A DNA stretch of 64,000 nucleotides, from assembly GCF_009914755.1 (NCBI RefSeq), contig NC_060940.1, one strand, 5' to 3'. A program made the position numbers and the translations under genes. This DNA comes from the human T2T-CHM13v2.0 reference genome, Homo sapiens. The number at the start of each line of letters is the position of its first letter. Within the stretch, counting starts at the first letter, position 1. The notes under the pieces were generated by a model. It had not been told where the DNA came from, made no database searches, and saw nothing but the letters and a program-made list of their open reading frames with translations. Shown in pieces: positions 55,003-64,000 of the stretch.

Positions 55003-55919
55003 ATATATAGTAGCACACATACATAGCCAATTAGTCAATATATATATCCTATTCTACAGCCCAGTTTCTCATATGGTTATGCACATATTACAAATTCTAA
55101 AGAAAATATTAGATATTAGTAGTGTATTAAAGATAAGTTTACTATGGCTAAATTCAATTAAACTCTCAAAGGAAACATTAAAATGAGCAAATATATTAAA
55201 TGCTACTACATTAGTATGAAAAATGAGGAAAACTGATGCTGTCATCCTAAATCCTAGAGCAGAGCAGAGCAGAGGTGGCAATCCACTGCCATGCAAGTCA
55301 CATCGAGAGCACAGATATGCTTTGCTTTGTTTAATTTGCACTGAGGTTTGTTTGCTTTATTTTGTTGTTGCTTTTTTTTTTTTTGCACCAGAGGCAATAC
55401 TAAAAGGTCTAATATTTTCACAAAAAACCCCAAATTTTCAGATCTCTTTGAAAAATTGGTAGCTCTGGCACTCTTGGGGTGACAAATCCAAAACATTAGG
55501 CTGGATCCTAATGATAGCTGTGAGTCCATTTAGAGAGGCATGTCCTCAGCTTGCTGTGCTCAGTCACACTAAGACCAACCTTTATTGGTCATTTATAATT
55601 GTTCTTACACTGTCACTTTATGTATAATAGAAACTATTTCTCAATCCTTTCATGTCTAACTTGCAAAGATATAAAATAATGGCCATATGTTTGAAGAAAA
55701 GGCCTTCATATGAAACTCTTTGCCAGTAATATAGCTCTTATTTTATAATACCTATTATTTCCTTATATAAGAATCTAATTTTTGACGCCTAAACTAAAAG
55801 ATATCCTATTATAGTAAAAAAAATTAAAAATTTCTTATGTATTATATAACATTTTGAGAAATTCTTCTAATAACATAAAAGAAATTATAAATAAGAATTG
55901 CAATTAATTTTTAAAAACT

Positions 55920-56780
55920 GGCTGTAGGTTATAGTTGACTGTGTTTTATATGCAAAATCAATGCATTGAACTGTCAGAACTAATGACACAGTAGAGTATG
56001 ATGGCCATGAATCACAAAAGGAGGACTTGAAAACAATGAAAGAGTACTATATTTGTAGAGAGAAATGGTCAAAATGAACATGAGTTTTTACTTCTCCTCA
56101 AACTTACTTACACTTTTAATGGAATTACAATAAAAATACATGTGTTTGTGTTTACATATACTTTCAATGTAATTACAATCAAAATGCAGACATGTGTTTC
56201 TGTTTACACACACACACAGACACACACACACACACATGCATATATTTATTTATATGGCTTTTCTGTATATCTCTTTGTGTCTGTGTCAGGGGTGAGGTGA
56301 GGGCTTCCAAATCATTTTAAGCCTATGTTAACCAAGGTTTTCCAAGAAAAGAATTATATGTAATAGACATCATCAATTTTAAAACATACTTTGAAAAATA
56401 AATTATTAAAACAATGTGGCATGGGTTTAGTAAGGGACAGACAACTCAATGTGCCAGAATAAATAGTATGAAATCAAATGCTGGCAGATATAAACCATTA
56501 ATAGATAATAGAAGTGGAATGTCTTAGCAGAGGGATGATCGATTAACTTTCTGAAAAAAAAGAATACACATCTAATTTACCAAAACAAATCCCATAGCAA
56601 TTAAATTAAAAAACATAAATAAAATAATACAATAATAGCTTAAAAACATTTATGGGGGATTTGGGGGTAGGATGGACTTTTTACTATATAAAATCAAGAG
56701 ACCATAAAAGTATCATAGATAAGCTTCATTAAAATCATGAAATGTTCTATGTTAAAAATAAAAGAATAAAATTAAAATGA
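55920..56780 (+). mobile_element. Ancient L1ME remnants; includes a ~50-bp tandem duplication (56112-56211) and (CA)n
   Basis: aattattaaaacaatgtggcat...agacaactcaatg; the units acttt(t/c)aatg(g/t)aattacaat(a/c)aaaat...catgtgttt occur twice. Confidence 0.5.
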
Positions 56781-56789
56781 AATGCCAAG

Positions 56790-57921
56790 GACTTTGCCTC
56801 TGTGGCAGATGCAGTAATAGGGATAGTGATATGAACAGGGGGCAGGGAGATACTAGGTAGAAAAGGGCGGGGTCCCTGGTGAGGGCTCCATCCTCAAGCC
56901 TGGACCCATGACCCTAAATGAGAACATGCATTCCTGTTTTCCTGCCCAAATGTTGCCTTTTCCAAAACTACTGTGGCCTGCCCCACCCCTCATCCTGTAC
57001 CCATAAAAACCCTAAGTTCCACTGGCAGAAGGGCAGCAGAGCAGCAGAGCGGCATGAGAGAAGGAAAGGAGAAGAATCTGAATGTCGAGAGGAGGAGAAG
57101 CAACTGGACATTGGAGACTACGGTTGGAGAGGGCTTTGGCCGGAGATGGGCAAACTTCAGGGGAAGACCACCTTTCCACTCCATTCCCTTTCTAGCTCCC
57201 CATCCTTCTGAGAGTCACTTTCATCACTCAATAAAATCCTCCACATTCACCACCCTCCAATTTGTTCATGTGACCGCATTCCTCCTGGACGCCTGACAAG
57301 GACCCGGGTGTGGGTGCAAGAGGCTGTCACCCTGACCCCCCACTGAGCTGTTTAATGCTTAAACTGTCCATGGATGGCAGAGGTAAAGGAGCGCATTTTA
57401 ACACCTGCCCTCTGGCACTCTGGGGGTCGCAGGTAACCCCTAAATGCTGCCGTGGGGCCATGCAGCAGTCTACTCCTGCCGGCACCCGGAAGTACTCCTC
57501 CCAGCCTCTGCACGGGCTCACCTGCGTGCTCCCACTCCCACAAGGGGTTTGTGAGCTGTGGGCTTAGCAGGTGAGCCACCCCTTCATGAGTCCCACAAAG
57601 GAGTCAAGGGAACTATCCCATCTCAATGGGATATATCCTTTCACACGATACAACCAAAAAAGTAACGTAGAATATATGAAACATGGTTTTTCAAGACACT
57701 AGGTGTCAGGTAAAAGCAGACAGCGATTCTTCAGACATGAAAAACAAAAACGGTGAACCCTACGGTTGTTCAACTTATTGCCCTGAGGGATATTTGAGAC
57801 AACAATGCAGAGGGAAAACCAGGTGAAGTGAACTCCCTGAGTGAGGAGATGAGTCCAGGGAGACTAAAGGCAGCTAAAGTTGTCGAAAGAGTATTGGAGG
57901 AAAATGTTACAGAGAGAGAAC

Positions 57922-57969
<48 letters not shown>

Positions 57970-59220
57970 CAGAAAGAGAACATCAGAGATCAGTAACCTT
58001 CTAGTGTTCAGCAGTTTATCTCTCAGCACGTTTATGAGAAAACCAGTCAAGGTCAGGGAAGTAATCATTGGAATGGATTTAAGGAGGCAGTATTCAGTTT
58101 TTAAACAGGGTCAAAAATAGTGTCTGTTGCCACTAGCCAGATTAGAACAGCTTGTAACTCTCAAGATATTGAATATAGAATTCCAGAGGATCTTGCCCCA
58201 GCATTGCAGAATAACTAGCCTTATGCAGAACACTGCTCTGGCCCTTCCCAACAGATCACAAAAGCAAGACACGAGCAATCAAAGTGTTTCCAAGTAACCT
58301 AACTGCATCCCAAAACAAAACTCAAGAAGACTTATAGGAATACAGAAATATACAATATCCAATAAGATAAAACTCATAATGTCTGACATCCAATCAAATG
58401 AATTCCAGACGTGTAAAAATAGATAAAACATAATGAAGAGAATAACTAATTGAAACTAACCCAAAACTGGTATAGATATTAGAGCTAGCAGACAAGGACA
58501 TTAAAACAGTTATGTTTACTATATCTAAAGAAGAAGAAGAATAAACATACAGGACATAAAAAGACCTAAGTGAATTCTAGAGATGTGAGCCACAATGTCT
58601 GCGGTGAAAAAAATGCAATGGGTTGGATTAGTGGGAGATTTGATTTTGCAGAATAAGAGATTGTTGAATTTGAAACTATCTAAAATGAAACATGGAGAGA
58701 AGAATTAAAGTAAAAACTGCAAAGAGCATCAGTGAGCTGTGGGACAACTTTAAGAAGCCTAATATACATATCACTGGAGAATCTGAAAAAGAAAAGAGTA
58801 GGGACAGAAGAAATATTTGAAGAAACAATCACTAAAAGGTTTCTAAACTTAAAGAAAATTATAAACCTTCAGATCCAAGAAGCTCAGTGAACTACACTGG
58901 ACATATTATAATCAAATTGCTCAAAATATTTAGGAGAATACCTTAACACTAGCCTCATGTCACTTAACACATGCCAAAAAAATTAAAAATAAAAAGGTAG
59001 GCAATTACAGAAGAACAAAGATAACAGTAGATTTGTCATTGGCAACAATGCAAGAGAGAGGAGTATAACACCTTGAAAGTACTCAAAGAAAATAATCTAT
59101 CAACATAGAATCCCATTACCAGTGAAAATATTTTTCAAAAATGAGAACGAAATAGAGATATTTTCAGACATATAAAAATGGAAAGAATTCAACACCAGAT
59201 GACAAAGTCTTATCAATGCC
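56790..59220 (+). mobile_element. L1M (L1MC/MD-like) 5' UTR and ORF1 remnant, interrupted by LTR1; (GA)n at ~57911-57965
   Basis: agagcatcagtgagctgtgggacaactttaag, gaaatatttgaagaaacaat, cagatccaagaagctcagtgaac and cattataatcaaattgctcaaaa are ORF1 motifs. Confidence 0.8.
56827..57625 (+). mobile_element. LTR1-family (ERV1) solo LTR, apparently full length
   Basis: tgatatgaacagggggcagggagatactaggtagaaaagggcgg...gtcaagggaactatcccatctca; TG...CA ends; 4-bp TSD atag/atgg; cataaaaa and aataaa present. Confidence 0.88.
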
Positions 59221-59249
59221 TACAAAACTATGAGGGAAAAGCAAAAAAG

Positions 59250-60328
<1,079 letters not shown>

Positions 60329-60369
60329 TGGTTTAATTTTTATATACTTGAAAACTTTCTAGCTTCCTT

Positions 60370-60700
60370 TCTGTTATTTGTTCCTATTTTTTTCACTTTG
60401 GTCAGAGAACATATTATATATAATCAGAATCCATTGAAATTTGTGGAAGCCTGCCGGTTTTTTCAGCATATGATCTACTTTGGTAAATATTCTAGGCACA
60501 GTTAAAAAAATGTGTTTTCTACAGTTGGTAGGTAGAACAATCCACAAATATCAAGTAGGTCAATTTGGTCAATTATGGCCTTTAAATTTTCTCTATTTTT
60601 ATTGATTAATTTTGTTTGCTTCTTCTCTCAGCCACTAAGAGATGTGAGTTAAAATTTCTATTTATTATTGTCAAGTTTTATATCACTAGGTCAACTTTTA
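60370..60700 (-). mobile_element. Ancient L1M ORF2 (endonuclease region) remnant
   Basis: tggtcagagaacata...ttgaaatttgtgga...aaaaatgtgttttctacagttgg. Confidence 0.65.
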
Positions 60701-60899
60701 CTTTATATATATATACATATACATGAACTTTGATATATATACATATATAGACATACAAATGTTTTTTATAAAAAATGTTATATAAACTTTTATATAAACT
60801 TATATGTATATATATCAAAGTTTATGTATATGTATATATAAAAAGTTTATATACATATATACAAAAACATATATGTGTGTCTACACACACACACACACA
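60701..60899. repeat. AT-rich low-complexity tract with a 40-bp inverted repeat, then (CA)n
   Basis: 60708-60747 vs the reverse complement of 60801-60840: one mismatch. Confidence 0.9.
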
Positions 60900-61587
60900 A
60901 TTTTGCACCATTCTTACAGGATGTGACTAAAAATCCTGGATGGTGGGATGGGGCTGAGATGGCAGCGGTTTAGAAAAAAGGAGTTAAGGTGGAAGTAGAA
61001 GAGGGATAAGACAGGAAATGGCATTTGCAGAATTTTGCTCAGAGTAGAGCAAAAGCAGACTCAACAGGGAAATTAATGCCTGGCCTCCACCTCAGGACGG
61101 GGTATATTCACCAATTACATAAGAGTTCTGCACTGCAGAGTCATAAGCTTGCGGACATTGGGTTTAAATCGTCCTCACTAATCATGTATTTTCTTCCAGA
61201 CTTCCCCTCTTTCTTGCTGGTAATAGTGATTCTACTTATCTCTTTACATCATTTGGCGCCAGCCCACTTCCTAGCTATTTATTTCTGTATTGATATCTCC
61301 ATTTGGCAAGGGAATTAAAAGGTCTTAGAATTTTGTCGTGTAAAAGAATTAAATTTTGCCCCGTGACTACTGTACTTACAAATTTGCATACCTCCAACTT
61401 TCATCATACTCAGTGCACAAAGCATCTTTCTATTTTCACCAGTGTTTACTCTCCTTAGAAAGAATCAGGACTTCTAAAGTTATGTAAGAATTAGGAAGTT
61501 GTCTGCTTATTATTGAATTAGCCATTCTAACGATATTGGGGATCCTATATAAACTTTACTCTTAGAACTAATGACCTACAGAATGGC

Positions 61588-61897
<310 letters not shown>

Positions 61898-61944
61898 TAG
61901 AATGGCAATTTTGATCTAGGAATGGTTTTCTCTTTCTTTTAGTA

Positions 61945-62774
61945 ATGCCCATGTTAAATTACATGGCAAAGGGGGGTTAAGGTTGCAGATGGAATTGAGG
62001 TTGTTAATCAGCTAATCTTAAAAGAAATAGATTATCCTGGATTGTAATAATAAACGTCCTTTACAATAGAAGAGGGAGTCTGAAGAGAGAACCAAAGAGA
62101 TGATGGCATGTGATGGGCTCAGGCAGACACTGCTGGCTTTGAAGATGGAGGAAAGGAACCCCCAGCCGAGGAATGCAGGTGGCTTTTAAAGCTAGAAAAG
62201 TTAAGGAAATTGATTCTTCACTAGATCCTCCAGAAACAAATGCAGCTCTGCAGACACTTTGATTTTAGCCTCTTTGTTTATGGTCTGAATGTATACCCCT
62301 TAATTAGTGTATTAGAGACGGAAGCCCCAGTGCAACAGTGTTGGGAGGTGAAGTTCTTTGGGAGATATTTAGGTCATATGCCCTCATGAATAGATTAATG
62401 CCATTATGAAGGAACTTGATGGGCGGAGTTCGGTCCCCTTATCATCCTTCCATTCCTTTCATTATGTGAGGGTACTGTGTTCCTTCCCTCCAGAGGATGC
62501 AGCATCTTGGAAGTGGAGAAAAGCCCTCACCAGACAGCTGAACCTACTGGTGCCTTGATCTTGGACTTTCCCAGTCTCCAGAAGGATGAGAAAATAAATT
62601 TGTGTTCTTTATAATTTAGCCAGTCTCAGGTAATCTGTTATAGCCGCACAAACAAACTAAGACAGAGTCTTTTTAAACTTGTGATCTGTAGAAACGTAGG
62701 ACAATAAATTTGTGTTTTTTTAAGCCAGTAAGTTTGCAGTAATTGATGACAGCAGCAATACAAAACTAACATAA
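61945..62774 (+). mobile_element. MLT1D LTR split by an MST LTR
   Basis: ttacatggcaaagg...gttgcagatggaattgaggttgttaatcagct...ggctttgaagatggaggaa; 3' end aataaatttgtgtt...aagccagtaagtttg...gcagcaatacaaaacta. Confidence 0.88.
62275..62664 (+). mobile_element. MSTD/MSTB-like MaLR LTR nested in MLT1D
   Basis: tatggtctgaatgt...ccctcatgaatagattaatgcc...gccttgatcttggactttcccag...aactaagaca. Confidence 0.87.
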
Positions 62775-64000
62775 CATTGTGGAAAAGGATGAAGAAATGG
62801 TAATGATAAAAACCAAATGCAAATTGCTTGAAGACCCTCATAATGCCAGTGAGTACAAATTTGCTAAATATTACTATTTTTAAAACAGAATATCTTCTGC
62901 AATGTTTAAATAAGTCGGTGAAGTAAAAACATTCTTGAGCGTCTTAAGTGAAGATCTAATTTCATACCCTTACAGGTCTTTTCTTTGTTACTTAATTACC
63001 TAATGGAAAATCTGTTCATAATCAACATTTTTGGAAGAAAGTTTATTTATGGGGGTTGAGATGAAGCATCTTCTATTTTTCTGAACATAATATGCTCAGA
63101 TACATTCTATTTTGCAAAGGCAGGGATGCCTCTCCCCTCCCAATAGATTTTAAAAAGCATTTATTAACCTAAGTAAAAGAGAAAAGTAAGCATGAAGTTA
63201 ATAAAGGTGGGTGTGGTTTTAATTCATTTTCATGGATTTTAATTAATTTTAACTTTCACATTTCATGGAAGCATCTCTTTTTTTGTATTTTTCATAAGAA
63301 AAGAATTCAAAAAAGAAAAAAGAAGAAGAAATAGCAGGTTTTTTCTACCGACCAATACAAATGAAGTAACAAGACGATATGCTAATAATTTAAAAAAATG
63401 CTGCCAGGGTCAGAATATTGCTAGTGGCTTGGTTATTTTCTGCATGCTTTTCATACAACCATCCAAGCTTATTTGGCAAAGCAGAAGTTTAGTTATTGCT
63501 GAAACTGTTTGCAAGACTCTAAGACTCATTCTTTAAGACATTTTTGGAATAATAGAGAATTTAGGTGAAAGAAAACAGTGTAATACATGCTTTCTCTTTG
63601 AGGTCTATTATAGTCACTTTTGCAGCCTCAGCCTAAATCTCACCACCTTGTTTTGGATCTATTTGAAAACAAAATGTTTCATTTTTATGAAGAGTTGTCA
63701 GTGAGAGGAAAACTTCACCTTCAATAAGATTATTCCTGGGCACAAGAACAATTTCTTCAAAATTGTTGGAATACACTTCAGAAGCTCTTCTTGTAGAATC
63801 TGCTTTAATTTATGTCCTATCACTGCTCATCAAAGCTTTTGTGTCCACCTCTCTTTTGTCTCCAGATGATGAGTTGAGTTGGCACCACATAGACAATTCA
63901 GCGAGGTATTCTGAACTGTCGTTGTTTTGGAAGTTTTATTGTTCTAAAGACTGTGGAAGAAAGATACTGTAAAAGATGTTAGGTCAGAGACTTAAAGGTT

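Noticed and set aside
56918-57579. Cluster of GC-rich ORFs
   Set aside because: They lie wholly inside the LTR1 solo LTR.

Overview
Primate (human-like: AluY/AluS, L1PA3-type, THE1D, LTR1) AT-rich intergenic or deep-intronic DNA, mostly decayed transposable elements. No intact protein-coding gene, CpG island or functional RNA gene is supported. The ORF track is explained by Alu/L1 reading frames and chance. The only RNA-gene-derived feature is a truncated U6 retrocopy. The unusual content is structural. (1) A ~370-bp, ~98% identical fold-back inverted duplication of flanking DNA is fused to the 5' end of a young L1PA insertion (48.7-49.9 kb). (2) Two ~110-135-bp local copies of upstream unique DNA, one direct and one inverted, of similar divergence, sit inside one L2 (20.6 and 21.5 kb). 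(3) Hairpins flanked by direct repeats occur at 45.4-45.8 kb and 54.85-55.04 kb. (4) Several L1s carry 5' inversions or 3' transductions. (5) A possible decayed minus-strand exon lies at the window end. I found no convincing new gene system. The best system-level hypothesis is repeated local template-switch/fold-back copying at this locus. Repeat family names come from recalled consensus sequences, and identities are hand counts.
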